This document shows positions 10,865 to 60,782 of a stretch of 64,000 bases of DNA, piece after piece (positions within the stretch are counted from its first letter, which is position 1; each line of letters opens with the position of its first letter). The stretch is from contig OZ249445.1 of NCBI GenBank assembly GCA_965235115.1, positions 20,150,001 to 20,214,000 of the forward strand, written 5' to 3'. The translations under genes were made by a program, and so were the position numbers. The DNA comes from Laetmonice hystrix. Its lineage: Eukaryota. The notes below the pieces were generated by a model. It searched no databases. It saw nothing but the letters and a program-made list of their open reading frames with translations, and was not told where the DNA came from.

Positions 10865-13533
10865 TTCTTTCACATTTCATGAAAACAATGGTTTAATGAC
10901 GACACAGGATCAGAACCTCCCCGACCACAGTTCCAGGATCTGACCGACCTTGCATGCCGCGGGCTCTCTGCCAGCCGAACTGTGTGTGTCTATTAGAGAA
11001 ATAATTACACAAAAACTGGTGCTGGTCTGTAACAGGCCTACTAATACTTAATACGTGCAATGTTTAGGTTGTATTTCATGACGTCTAGGCGAATGGTGAT
11101 GAACCAGTCGTTTACTGTCGATCTTTAATTACCAGTTAGAAGTCATTATTTGAACGAGTCATTTCGTCACCGACACAGCGTTGACTTTGGGATCGAGTTC
11201 ACTGCTCGGCTTTCAGAGCGTCAAAAAGGCAGCAACTGTGACAACTTTTTCTTTATTCGAGAGAAAAGGTTGAAAAATGCAGTGTATTAAGATATTTATT
11301 AAAACTTATCGATGTATACTAAGGGTGAACGATAGAAAAGCAAACAAAAACTGAACCAGAAACTAAACGTAACTACTTAAATCAGGCAAATATGGACTAG
11401 TACGCTTAACAACATTCAGGAAAACTTGTACACTAAAACGCCGTCTGAATGGGGTTCACCACTTCCCTTTCATGGACTTTTTTTCAAGGGTTAGGTCTAA
11501 TACAATCTTGATGTAATATTAATAAATTAAAAGAAATTGAATAAATAAAATATAAACAAAACGAAACATAAATACTTAAATCTATAGATGTGTAATTTCA
11601 CCCTTTATTTCTTCTTTTCATTTGAACCTTTATACATGTGACGTTCCAGGTTTGTGAAAAGCCGTTGGGTACGACAATCGACAGCCTCGTTCTGGCCACG
11701 CCTCGCGGCCTGCAGCTCCACCTGGCGAGACCGACATGACGGTCGATCCTTCAGGTCGATTGCTGCCTCATAGTGCACATGTATAATCGTCAGTTATTGC
11801 ACATAAGACATAACAACAGATAGAAACCTCAACGCACGGAGCATGTATACATGTTGTGACCCAAAAATAAAATCACGATTCTGGTCTGTGACTCGGGTCT
11901 CATTTTTAGTTTCATGAGCCAAAATCATTTCATGACCTGCCGCTAAACCTCCTGGTAAGGGCTCCTAGACCAACTAAAGTCTATGCGTCTACGTGCTGCA
12001 TTCTCACTGAATGTTGGTTGCACGCAACTGTTGGTTGCACAGATTAAGTTTGTGCTGATGTGTGCACGCACCACTTACAAACACTGACGTGCCTGTTAGT
12101 CGACGTCCGGCGCTGAGATCACCAATTTACGCAAAACCTCGCTGGGTTTCGATAACTACCGAAAATAAGGAACATGAATGAAGGCAAAGCCCGCAATCCC
12201 GATTTTAAAGAGAGTAAGCCGCTCGCATTTGGATGTCAGGTGACAGGGTCCAGCAATCTATGACGTCACGAGTTGTAGACTCTGGTCATTCTCACAAAAT
12301 CAGACATCTACTAGCGCTGCGCTCACAACCGACTTCCCATGCGCAGCAACTCAATTTGTTGAAAAGGTATAAACCAAATTAAAAGATAGGCCTACATATA
12401 TAAAGAGAATAGAGGGAGTGACGTCACTTTGTGCCTACAATCAATTTAAGAAAGTTGTGGGATCGCGGTAGAACCAGTAAATTTACTTTTAATAACCCCC
12501 CCCCCCCCCCCGCCTAAAAAAATGAAAACTCTTAATTCCATGTTATGACTGACTATTCCCCGAACAAGTCCAAGTATATAATCTCTCGCATACAGACACG
12601 TGCGCACACAATCTCGCCAACTAGGGCTACAATATATGAATATATGTGTACATAATATTATAATAAAACAAAACGAAAAAATCGACAATTGATCGGACAT
12701 GAACATTTGAGGCGGTACATACAAGATACCTGGGAATGCGTGGCTCAGACACAGACACAGACAGTTAACACTGATGCTAACTACGCATTGGATGCGTTCT
12801 GTTCTAAAACAGAACACGTCAAGATAACAATCGATTGATTCGACTAACACAGCAATGTACAGCAGGGGGAAGTTTAAACCAGCCAAACTGACGGTACCTC
12901 AATAGTACCCTAACATTTGGTCCAATATTATCTGAGAACACCTTAGTCTGTCTTGGGTCGATGATGCCTCACAATTAAGCACACACATGCCCCGGTACCG
13001 CCACAGAAAACCTGAACCACTAAATATCGTAGCGCCATCGCTCAGGGCATCCACTGCAGTAAACATTTTGTCTTTTGTTTTTTTTTTACAATAGGCGTAC
13101 AAGAGGCTATATTAAGGCACAAAGGTTGAAGACTTCTGAAGGCCATTCAATCTACCAAGGAAATCCTACTTAACTCGTAATGCCAGCCTGCTGTGCAGGA
13201 TTACTCTTCTTTTATTATAATTAATCACTAAAGGGGAACTATATATCCGAGTTATAATGTTAGAAATAATAATAATCATCTCGTATAGAAAATGCATATT
13301 TATCTTGCTATGACCAGACATCAACAATATGTGTTTATAAATCTCATTATACCCCCCCCCCACCCCACCCCACCATTCAAGGCCACTTGGTGCTCCCTAC
13401 ATGCCTGGTAACGCGTTCCCGTACACGAGTTCGCGTCACATATACATAATTGTTTTTATCGACACTCCCTCATTTCTACCACTCTCAATTTACAAAAGTG
13501 TACCATAATTCCTACCATTCAGAACACACTGGC

Positions 13534-13630
13534 TTTATTATTAGAATACATACGTGTGCCCACTTCTGTGGATACAGATAACACTGATTGCGAACTAGTA
13601 CAGAAATGTATTTACACCATTGTATTTACA
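13534..13630 (-). promoter_or_regulatory. Probable MYRF 3' end: poly(A) signal preceded by two Pumilio-type elements
   Basis: Minus-strand AATAAA at 13534-13539, and TGTAAATA at 13609-13616 and 13623-13630, about 1.6 kb downstream of the stop codon. Confidence 0.4.
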
Positions 13631-15132
13631 ATGCCACAATAAAAATGGCTGCCCCTTCCCCAAACTTAAGAAAAGAAAACTGTATCCGCCCAAAGAAACT
13701 GTCATGCAGATAATACAACGTTTATAACTGCTGCCTAACCAGGTTTTTTTTTAAAAGCGCACCAAATCCTCTTCAATGACGTCACTGACGACATCTGTGA
13801 CGCAACTCTCACGTTGGAGTCCAGAGTTCCCTCCGGCGTCCGACACAAACAACACGGCCGCCCTCTAGTGGCAACCAAATGCTGGGATTGCAAATCGCAT
13901 CACAAAGCAGGGGTGTCAACTAACTCAACTCTTGAGTTCATCGCTGGGGGCAGAAATCTGTCCTTCCAAGTGTTCTGATTTCTGTTGGGGTTTGGTATAA
14001 TTACAGTCACACCGAGCAATGGACCATGGCAACACGGACACACAATGCGCTCAATCTATTCTGCTTCATCCATTTGTCATAAATAAACGTGACCTCTGAG
14101 TAACAAGACGTTCAATAGCACAGTACACCACCACGTCTGTTAATTAAAACATCATCTTGAATACAAATTGGGCACTTTCTTGTCATTAAGAATACAGGTC
14201 ATCAAAAGCGATAACAGTTCATAACAATAGCCTGTACCCTTTACCAATAAGTATACACGTACTTAACATTGTCCTCTCATGGTCATCATTCTAGGAACGC
14301 ATCCGCTCTCGAGTCTGGCGAATTCAACATTTTCCCATCTATGATTTTCCTTTGATAAATACAAGTAATTTATCCTCAGTAAACTGCAATCTCACAAAGG
14401 AACCTTATTGTTCCGTTTGAATTGGCACTATGAATATTGTGTACAATAACCGCGTCCCTCCCTACACTGATTGGTGCAGTTCGTCTCACCTTTGGTAACC
14501 CCCTCCCCCCCCCCCGCAAAAAAAACCCCAAAAAAACACCCAAAAGCACCCAATACAACCAACTCTTGTCAAAGGCTTTACGAGAACGGGCACAGGCCTG
14601 ACAACGTCTCCAGCCACAGTATATATCTCTGCCACTCACGTAAGCTGCTCCCAAGTCTAAAACAATCCCTCTAGTTTCTGTGACCTTGAGGTACACTTGT
14701 GAAATAAGATTGAGTGATAGAATCACAGCTGACGGTCCAAGGCCGTGGGTGAGGGACGAGTGACTGCGATTGACGGAGACGTCCGCAGCTCAATCAATCG
14801 ATCAGTCAATCAATCAATCAACGTTCCGTCTCATCTGCAGAAATATGAACACAATCGGTTATTTTAGATCAGCTTAAGGCATGGTAACATCAAAATGTAC
14901 AAATGTTTCCTGTTTTCAGTTCTACTGCCAGGATTAAAATTGTATTTAAATCTCAGTCGTCTTTCGAAATTTCAAAGAGAATCAACACAATTAAATGTAC
15001 AATTGAAAGTACATGTAAATGTCTTTTTTGCGTAAAACTAAACAAAAAACGTAAAACTAATTTACTAATTACTAATTCCAATCAGTTGCTGCATTATTCC
15101 AGCTTACCTTTGAGACGGGGTTACTGAGGCCC

Positions 15133-50066
<34,934 letters not shown>

Positions 50067-53000
50067 CTGCAAAACATAACAACCAGAAACAATTAAATCA
50101 TCTCTCAGACTTAAATCATCACATCTTTTATCGCCATCTCTACGTCAGTCGTTTCCTTCTACATGAACAACTTTTTTTTACCTTCTCCTCGACTGGCTCC
50201 ACATAATACAGCATCATTACAAAAAAACCCCAATTATATTGTTGTATGCATAAACATTTAAGATCTGCCTCAACTAATTTTTCCATTGTTGCAGCGTATA
50301 TAAAACGATGATTTGAACCACAACAAAAACTGACAAGTGCTGTCCATCACGTCACACACAACCAAACTGTTACCAGTAGTTGTCAAACAGGAGGCCTGGA
50401 TGTATTCTCGGCCGTGCATTCTTACGAATTGAAGCAGATATGTTTGGAATCCACGTCAGTCGGCCTAAGTGAGCAGGATGATACGTCATTGCTATAAAGT
50501 GATATCACTGCGACGTCACCGCTCCATCAATATTTCTGACAATACTGAGCTTCCATATGCCTATATCCTCTCTCCTGGTGAAAACCAAGCAGGACTGTTT
50601 AGAAACAGGCCTTCTCTCTCTCTCTGATCATGGTGCCATCATTCTTCTTGCTTTCAACAATGTCTTTGCAATTTTCTAGCAACTCCACGCCCTCTGACAG
50701 ATACAAGCTCTTCAGAGTACCCCAGCCGATCACATGCCTGCTGTCCTACTTCTTTCGAAACCCTATATCACCTGATTCTGGTATGTCACTGACCAGCTAA
50801 TTATTACTGCAATACCTGATCCAAACTGGCCCTAGCCTTGAGCCGGGATTTTTCAATCCCCAAGTCAATATCTAAACTCGGGTCTAAACCTTGACTTGAC
50901 ACAGACGTGCCATAATATAGCAGACCAGCAGGAGCCTTGACCACTGAGCCACCGCGGCCCCCTCACCGAACTGAGACCAATGTCCCAACTTGTCAACACA
51001 GGCCCAGCCCGACACTTTCCCTACGAGGCCAACCAACTGACACATAGTGGACAATACCGCCACGCCAGCGGCAATAAACCACTGAATATTCTCATAAACC
51101 ACCTTCTAGGTGTTCTACTGGACCTCACTTGTTTAGAAATAATCAAAGAGTCAAAAAATATGGCTTTGCCTCTCACACATAGGAAACTGCAGCTACCGTT
51201 TAACGCTGACGTTCCATACTGATAAGAATTTTCACCTGTCCTGAATTGAATCTCATCATGCCAGGGGAAAATGACATCGTAATATTCCAGTCATGGCCTT
51301 TTATTATATTAAAGTGGGGAAAATAAGCTTGCACTTATCCAAATATCGTATGCCAACTAAGTTCTGGGAATGGACAGCAATTCAAACATATCACAAGTAT
51401 GGCCCTACCTGCCTGGTACAGACCGAATCTTCTGGTTGACATTCTGACCTCAATACGCTATATTATTAATTCTCATGACCTCCTCCGGCAACAATGACCT
51501 TCCTGGCGTCATCTTATCATTCACCATCCATAACATTATACTACAAGGTACAACATCTGAACTTAACCTGGAATACCTTTAACGTTCCAGTTTCTCACCT
51601 CAGAATTCATTAATGAGGTTGGGAGGTCGTTGATTGTGCCGGTTACATAAGATAAGGAGCCTGACGCATCAGTACCTGGTCATGGCGCCCTCCTCAGTCA
51701 TGACGGGAACGGCTGGTGTCATGATCAACCCTTCCGAGTGAGTCCGATCTCTCACTCAATCATTTACTCATTAAATGATCGGTCGGGTCATTGGGTACAT
51801 TGGGAACCGGTTAAGCAGAAAATCGTATTTTTTTCCACATCCATACGATCATGTACTGTGGAAAGGTTACTCTAAATTTATAAGTGGATATTCTCTATGC
51901 TTGCTCAAGGCCTATTTCCGAAAATCTTGTACTACTTGCAACTTTTTAGGTTGTAAAAGAACTGACAAAATTCTTCCAGGTCTGCAGTTTAAGTAAGTAA
52001 CTAAATATGGGGAATTTTATGACCCAATCCCAACCAAAATTAGAAAATTTGTATTGTTATAGATATCTGGTGGCTTGCAGGTAAAAATGACAATGTTCAC
52101 AAATATCAAACCTCAAGTGTCGACCCATATACAATTGAAACTGGTCATCATTTCCAGTCCGTTTAGATATCACCATATCAAAGTCACTCACTTTACGGTG
52201 CTACTTCAAGAACAGAATAAGAAGATCAACTCAAGTGTTGTGTGACCATGGGAAGAGCATGCCCCATTATTGATCACTGTGGGAGAAGATTGTAAGTGAC
52301 ACCCGAGATGGTGTTGTTGATCCTAGCCCGCAGTCAGAGCCATGTGGGGCCGGTACCTACAGTGACTAATATCAGTTCAAACCATTTCAGGCCAACTTCA
52401 CTCAATACCTGGCTTGTCTCCTGGGAAACCTATAAAACCGTCATTCATGTAACCCTGGCAAATAATTATGCAAACCAGAGCCGTGAACATAAATTGTGTG
52501 GTTAATGACACACAAGGGATGAGCCATAAATGTTTTGGGAATAAAAGTTGTTTTTTTTAATTTCGTTTTTTTTTTTTTTTTTTTTTTTTTGGGGGGGGGG
52601 GGGGGGATTGCAAGGTGCCCGTTTTGAGACTCGTATGCGGTATACGATATGCGGTGTGGAGGTCGGGAGGGGGGGGGGGCAGGGAGGGTTGTAGGGACAG
52701 GGTTGTCCCTAGTCCATCACTCAGTATCTCTCTGACAACCAACTTCCATCGACTCCTCCATAACTGCGGGGCAAACGGTAATAAATGCAGGAAATGCGGC
52801 GCTGGTCCGCTCCGAACCTAGTACCTGGCCACACTTAATAGTCACCTGTCGAATCGGATCGCCCCCGCTGCCTGCCCGGGGGTTGCAAACAGAGGGGCTA
52901 ATTTCAGGGGGTGAGAAGAAGATGCTACGGGTCAGCGGCCGGGCGGGCGGGGTACAATGAGCACCCCCTTACCCTACCCAGCACGGTGCGACAAAAGGCT

Positions 53001-54758
53001 GTGGCCGGGGCAGACAACGGGTGGGGTGGATTGTGTGGGGGGTGGGGGTGAAGGATCGCTGTTCTCTTCACAGTCGGAGACCCCCCCCCCCCCCCGCCAC
53101 CACCACCACCACCACCACCACCACACCGGCCTGTATGAGTCCTGTCTCCGATGTTGAATAGATAATATAAACTTGGTGAAAGGCAGCGGCGGCCACGCCG
53201 GATCCTTTTGTGTGAGCATCCGTCACCTGTCGTCGGTAAACTGCTACAATTGGTTTGGTTTCTAACCGTTTGAATGTCAAACAAACCAACAAAAATACAC
53301 AGCCTTCATAATCACACTCTGAGGCCTTGGTACACAGATAAGCTATTGCTGAGCTTGTCTTGACTTTTCACATTTACTAAATGAAACGACCTCAACTATA
53401 TAGAAGCCAAGTCTCATTCCAGCTGCAACATATACTACTTGCTTCGGATACATGTATTATCAAACTATACAAACAAAAAATACTTCAAATTTATTTCAGT
53501 TTTACTTTAAATTAAACATTATGCTTCGATCCTTATTCTCATTTCCTCATACGCTGGCCTACATTTGCCTATGTGGAACTTCATATTACTATCGTACCGT
53601 GAAAACACTGAAATATCTAAAACCCTTTTGAATTGACGTTAGCCTTACATGTTACAGGTATTACATCATGCCAAATCCTAACCTTAAGATAAACATCATA
53701 AAGCTCCTCCATAGTAAAAACGCGTGGACGAAATTATTTCAACATGTTGCTCTCAGATTGTTGACACTATATTCTTGAACCACTGCAATGAGCGGACACA
53801 ATAAAACTCTGACCGCCAGACACCGGCCCGTCGGACTATTCCTGGACCGGAGATGACACCATTTGACACACCAACGGCCAACATCCTCATAACCACAAAA
53901 ATGTTTTCTACCTATACCTGAACAAAGCCGTGCATTCCTTACCATGAAGCGAGGTGTAACCTGTAACTTTGTGAATTATTGCTCTGTAAGGGACACGCGG
54001 TCCTTAACCACCATGGCCCTTGTTGGGGTGTTGTCCATGGCAACTCAGCTGGAAACCATGAATATTTTATCCAAGCTAGATTTTTTTTTCTTTTCAGAAG
54101 AACGTACAAGTTTCTGTTAAGTACCATAGGTATCTACAAAAGATGATTTAACATACACTATAAATTTACATGACAATGTATTATGATACTCTGCAATGAT
54201 CAAACTGGTATATAAGAAATACTCTACTCCTTTGCCCAGACATACATAATACATAATAGCTAATTGCAATGCGTCCTGTGTCCCCCGTAAATACATTATG
54301 ATACAGAACGTTCCGTCCCATGTTTTAGCGTGCCGTTCCATGCCGCATCGGTCGCCTTTTCCCCGCCCCCTTTCATGACACACATTCAGTTTTTTCATGA
54401 TACACATTCAGCTTTTTCATGATACACATTCCTCATAAAGCGCTCTCTGCACTGCACATCGCTCAAACAATGGCCGAGGAGGCGGTCTTCCAAATGATGG
54501 CCGAGTTCGCCAAGGGTGAACCAACATTGATTCAGGAGTTTGAAGTGTAAGGCACTTTGTTTAAAGCTGACAGTTTCCCCTGTGCCGGCCCGCCTGCTGA
54601 GCCCCCCGCCCTCCGTCCCTGTTACACGGCACCCCCACCCCCTCCCTTGTCATCCGCCAATCCGTTTACTGAAGACTTAATTGACTTCAAGTTCAACTAC
54701 AGCATCCGGTCCTGGTGACACCGAGGACGAATGGGAACACGGCTCCAATGGTGACATT

Positions 54759-55915
54759 ACTAAAACAGCTCCTATGGCGACTCCACACATCGGCTAACAA
54801 ACTAAAACAGCTCCTCTACTGTCTTACTAAAACAGCTCCTATGGCGACTCCACACCTCGGCTAACAAACTAAAACAGCTCCTCTACTGTCTTACTAAAAC
54901 AGCTCCTATGGCGACTCCACACCTCGGCTAACAAACTAAAACAGCTCCTCTAGTGTCTTTACTAAAACCGTTTCTTTGGCAACCCCAACCCTCCGTTAAC
55001 AATTAATCTAAAACAGCTCCCCTGGTGTATTTACTAAAACAGCTTCTATGGTGACTACAGACTAGAACAGCTCCTCTGCTGACTCTATAAACTGCCCGAT
55101 CCAACAGCTTCCCCTGTCAATTAAAACCCAGGGAGACACAGCTAAAACAGCTCCACTGATCACTCGAGACAATAGCAACCATCAGAACTAGAAGAGCTCC
55201 ACTCCTGACGTCGCACATCTGAGACAGTGCGAGTGACGCTGTTCTAGACCTTGGCTGACAAATCTTCAGTAACCCCAAAGATTGATGACTTCCAATATAT
55301 GGTGTCAAACGGGACAGTCGACTGCCCAACAGCTCACCTAAGAATTAGGTGAGAGACACTTGCACATCCTAAAACAGCTAACTAATTTACACACTGGTTA
55401 ACAGACTAAAACAGCTTCTCTAAGAGATTCACACCCTGGCCAACAGACTAAAACAGCTTCTCTGAGAGATTCACACACTGGCCAACAGACTAAACAGCTT
55501 CTCAGAGAGATTCACACACTGGCCAACAGACTAAACAGCTTCTCAGAGAGATTCACACACTGGCCAACAGACTAAACAGCTTCTCAGAGATTCACACACT
55601 GGCCAACAGACTAAACAGCTTCTCAGAGATTCACACACTGGCCAACAGACTAAAACAGCTTCTCTGAGAGATTTACACACTGGCCAACAGACTAAAACAG
55701 CTACTCTGAGAGATTCAAACACTGGCCAACAGACTAAAACGGCTTCTATGAGAGATTCACACACTGGCCAACAGACTAAAACAGCTACTCTGAGAGATTC
55801 AAACACTGGCCAACAGACTAAAACGGCTTCTATGAGAGATTCACACACTGGCCAACAGACTAAAACAGCTTCTCTGAGAGATTCACACACTGGCCAACAG
55901 ACTAAAACAACTTCA
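54759..55915. repeat. Compound minisatellite built on CTAAAACAGCT (67-bp x3, degenerate middle, 39/42-bp x ~12)
   Basis: 67-bp unit at 54761, 54828 and 54895; ggccaacagactaaaacagcttctctgagagattcacacact units from ~55430 to 55910. Confidence 0.9.
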
Positions 55916-58900
55916 TCCAGGACTTCAGGCACTGTTCAAAATACTAAAATAGCTTCATTGATCATTCAAATCAACAGCTTATGAATATATCTCCTATGTG
56001 GCTTTAGACCCTGAACAGCATACATTACTCGAACACTCATGCGAAGGTTCTAGCCAGTCTAGGCACCAGCTCACTGAAACTTGTCCACAGTAAACTCCAA
56101 AAACATGCCCCCCTAGCTCATATAGAACTGGTCTAGTTAACCTTGGTAACGAATATCCACAGGCCAACACCTAACGAGGTATCCTACCTCTGAGGCATCA
56201 TAAACTTGGAGGCAATTCACCTGCATACTTATCCAGTATCATCAGTTAATGAATTTTTAAAACATTCTACTGACTTGTGGCTACACTTTTAGCAGGTTTG
56301 AATTCTACCCTCTTAACCCCCCCCCCCCCCCCCCCCCCCAACAACAATATACGATGTTGGTTTTGAACATGAGCGTGCAACATAAGGTTCGGCCAATGGG
56401 AGAAGGGGTGCCACTGGCTGAAATGGCCGACAAAATACCTAGGGGCAATTACCCCCCCCCCCCCTTCCTGAGGGGCACAGGAGTCTGGGAAGCACACAGG
56501 CCATCTCCGTGTACTTTACGGGGAAGGGGACACAATCCGACCCTATCGGCGTCTCACACGAGCACCGACGAGATCAAAGATTCCTCAATTGTTGCCTTTT
56601 TTCTACAACATGTAACAACATATTCCTGCACGCTATGTTTGCACTACATTCTCTACCCGAACCAACCCTCCACAAGTAACCCTACTGTCTCCTGCCCTGG
56701 GCACACCTAGTCACAAGTGACCGTCCGGTAACCCCAGGTGACAGACTGACGTGAGCATGTTGTCAGGAATGTGTCAAGGTGACACAGCCAAACACTGAAC
56801 CGATCATAATGATGTCATAATAAGGTAATAACGCCAGGGCAGCCATCTTTCTACCGGCCACCAATGCAACTTTTACATATTCATCATCTGGAAAAGGTCT
56901 TTTTTCATATCAAACTCCATCTATGTTTTTTTATGAATACAAACTTATCATAGTTTCTTATTTAATTGCCAGCGACGTTTGGTCGCTGTGCTACTTTGGC
57001 AATAAATTGAACTGTTGAGAAAGTTGTTCGTTATAGCACTTCCTGAACGTATATTTCCACCAGAACAATTGAACAAATAAGCAGACTATAACGATATCAA
57101 TTTTCATATTTCGTTGAGCAAAAGCAACCTGATACGGTGATACCCAAAGAATGACGGCAGAAAAAAACGTATTAAATGGGAGAGAAAAAACCCGGAACAA
57201 GTGGGAAAGCTGCCAGGAAACAGATGCTATGGAAAGTAAATGTAAGTTGTACGTTACATGTGATGGTAGTTGATGATTCTGAAGCTATCCATCTCGAGAT
57301 GATGATGGGAACACATCCTTGCTTACTCCTTCACCTTGTCAAAACGTTCAAGCATGCTACTCAATCCTCAAGTGTATCGCTCTCCTCTCCGCGTCCACAA
57401 TCAGGTTCGTCTCTATAATTTATAGAGATTCTCTAACCGGTGCAGAGTTGGCCTCGGTAGTCTCTCTCGCTCCCCCTCTCTCTCTCTCCCTCTCTCTATC
57501 CAACAAAATTATCCGAAGGGCCACTTTTAACTGCAGTCTCCTCTTAGATGGATGCGTCCATAAATCTGAACCCCCACGTCTCTAGATGCAGAGATTCGCT
57601 TCTTGATTTACGAGTTAGACAATGGGTTCATTTCTGTCTGAGTCTGAGTGTTGGATGCCTGCTGGGAACTTGACCGCTCCGTGAAGGTTAGGGCGGGGAC
57701 GGGGCAGTGAACTGGTCACCTCACCTTTGACCTCTAGGGAGCACCAATCACAGACGGCATGCACGCATGTTGCGACCTGGTTGCGACAGCCTCTAAACTA
57801 TGCCAATAACCAGGATGTATTGGAATGCTGCAGTGATGATGAAGGGCATTGGTGGTATTAATTTTTTGTCTAAAAGTCATCACCAAAGGTTACATCCTGG
57901 AATTGGAATTGGAAAGAAGGAAATTTAAACAATTACAGAATACCTCCTTTTAGATTAAAACGCTGGCTGGGTTTACAAACAATATTTACTTATTTTTTCA
58001 AGCGAAAAAAGGCCTGATGCGGAAGGGGCAACATTTGGTACTGATTACCCTCCTTTACCCACGCTGTTATATTGGCCTCTGCCCTTGCCGTGTATCATCA
58101 CTTTCTCCAGTTCCTAAATTGATACATTTGACTATTCACGCCTCACTGTAGCTCCGGTCACTTCAGACAAATCAAGGGCACTACTACCTGCACCACTTGT
58201 AAATTGCCTCGTGTTTTTTTGTCAGCCCGCTGGGGGCCACACTTGTTTCACCAGTGTGACATACAATATCTGTTTCCACCAGAACGGAGTGGCACTGCCC
58301 GGTACATCCTCGCAACTCGCCAGGCTCACAGCCACGTGGGCTGGGCTGATTTACAAAACATGGCCGTGGAATTCTTCAGATTCTTACCAGCCTCTACATA
58401 TGGCTTCAGAAACTTCATGGGCTCCGTTCGGAACCCGTAACCACGTTTGAGCCACTCCTGGGTAGTTTCGGGCAATTGCAAGCCAAATGAGCTCGATGTG
58501 TCTCTCCGACTAGGAACCAACTGTCTGCCTGTAGGTCATCTACAAACCATTAATTTTGGCTCAACTTTCTACGCCAGGTCTGGCTGTGCACCAGTCTCTG
58601 AGAAGTCTGCAGGTCTCTGATGAAATGCTCCGGGGCAAAATTAGCTCCTCCTCTTTTGGCTTTGATGTCGACAACGAATGTATTGTCAAAGCTCCGTGAG
58701 AAAGGAACTTGTAATGAACTCTGCGCTCTGTTATTAAAATACAAGCACGGCTTGCAAAACGCTACTTTCTGATAACATTGAAGAACATAAGCAGGACATA
58801 AAACTTTTCGTTTACCAAACTCTGCGCTCTGTTGTTAAGGAAGAGCCTAAAGCAAACGTTTGGAGGTGTGTTGTCAAACTGTGCAAGCTCTCTGAATCGC

Positions 58901-60432
58901 ACGTTTGTATAATGATTTCAGCTGTGTACAGCTCACCGTCACGCCGAACTCATTGACTGCCCTGGACCAAGTTCTCCACTCATTTCACAGATGGTGTCGC
59001 TCCGAGCTGCCTGAGATCCAGTGACGAGCCGCTGCTCAGAGTGGAACCATCTAAGGGCGGAGGCAGACAATAAAAAATGTTGGAAAAGTTTCCGGGGAAA
59101 CCATGAAAAGGAGGGGGGGATAGGACGGGGGGGATGGTCCTCCTGGTACTAAGTATATCCGGATTAGATCCTTACACACACTCAACACACTGGAACGTCT
59201 CCCGGTAACATCCGCGGGATCCTTTTGTGATTTTTTTTTGTTTACTCCATACTGTTCTCGTATCCGAAATAGTTCATTGGTAGTCCAGTGTCCTTGGATA
59301 TAACATATAAATCCAGTGCTGTCAGATTGGGGTGTAGCAGAGAGCAGCGAAATCCGACTGCTCCATACAGAGATGCCTTCCGTTGCTGATGTCCAGGCGG
59401 GGTCGGTGATGGACTGTGACAGTGTTGGGGGTCGGTCGGTGGGCTGGATGGTCGTTTGGTTCGACTGGTTAATGTAGGACCGTAATTAGGTGCGCGCATC
59501 ACGCACTGTCACGGTACCGTGGTCGTCACGGGTGTCGCCGCCTATCGGGCCCTGAGGGCACGCTCGCTCCGAGTCCGTCCGGGCGGGGGGGGGGGGGGGG
59601 AGGGGGGAGGGGGCATGCTCTGTTGTGAGACCCACAGTTCTCTTGCACTCAATCCAATCCACACGGCCTGTCACCAATATTAGGTCCCCAAATCAGTCTG
59701 TTCGCCCCGCTCAGCCTTAACTCAGCAGGCCATCAACTTCAAAACCAGCAACCCTTAGCCAAACTTTTCCATGTGTGAGTGGAACAGGTTGAGGTGGCAG
59801 GGTCAGTGAGATGCAGACTCAGGTAGTAAGTAGGAAGGGCTGAACATAGGTGAGACTATGCTCCGGAGGGCGTCTGTCACCTGAGAAATCAAACAGGACT
59901 CCTGACCCCTGGAAGGTCACAGTGGAGGGTACGGGATGGTGGTAAAAGATGGGGTAACCAATGAGGGTGGAATAAACGCCTCTTGGGCGACCAGATCAGA
60001 CCAGAGACCGGCTACGGGAGTGCACCCCCACAGGTGGGGTGGGTATGGACGCCACTAAAGGCTCCCCCTGTCCATGATGACCAGTGGGGTAAGAACAGTC
60101 CAGGAATGATCATGTAGGGTGAGGGTGAATGCGGATGATGGTGGTTTAGACAAAGACAGGGTATGGAAGTCTCAGGGTGAAATGTGGGCCTCTGGGGCAC
60201 AGTTGGGGGCCGGGGTAGGGTAAAACGAGTCAAGGGGCTACGGGGCTGTTCTGTATTAGAGGCCTCGATTGGTAAGGGTGGGAGAGGGGGAGGGGGTAGT
60301 ATTAGCCAATCAGGTGCTGTATGGGTGACTTGACTGGGGGTGGGGGGGGTGGGGGTTGTTATGTTGGCCGCTGATGCTGGCGTGGGAGCAAGCGGAGTAG
60401 GGGGGGGGTGCAGGAGTTTTGTAGTACCCTAC

Positions 60433-60782
60433 CTTATCTGTGCGACAAACTGCGGACCGTAATCTTCCATCCAGAATGGCCGCGCGGTGGCAGGGGCCGT
60501 CACCAGCGGCGGGCCGAGGGTACGGCCGTCGTGCGGGCCCCAGCACTGGCCCACCCTTCCCCCGGCATCGGCGTAGCTACGGCTGCCTGGCGGTAAGTTC
60601 CCTACGCCGCGGTGGCTCTGCATCGACCAGTTTGGTGGCGGTTGTTGTTGTATTAGTTGTTGTTGTTGTGAGTCGTAGTCGGAATGGTGGCGGTCACACC
60701 GTTTCATTTGCTCCTTGTGGAGGTTGAGGTGGTGGCCAGGGTCTGTGCTGGCGGCACGCGGGGCTGGCCGTTGGTACCACAT
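60433..60782 (-). CDS. Candidate first coding exon of MYRF
   Basis: ATG-initiated Gln/Pro-rich open frame (MWYQRPAP...QQQQLIQQQPPP...FVAQI) ending AG|gtaggg in phase 2. This matches the phase-2 entry of exon 50066. No MYRF-diagnostic motif is present. Confidence 0.4.

Noticed and set aside
54471-54551. Short ORF MAEEAVFQMMAEFAKGEPTLIQEFEV
   Set aside because: 26 codons with no homology or splice context.
55543-55984. ORFs with (AVLVCWPVCESLR)n
   Set aside because: Open only because the 39/42-bp units are multiples of three.
58200-58900. Protein-like minus-strand fragments, possible retroelement relic
   Set aside because: No RT, integrase, recombinase or transposase motif could be identified, and the frames are broken.
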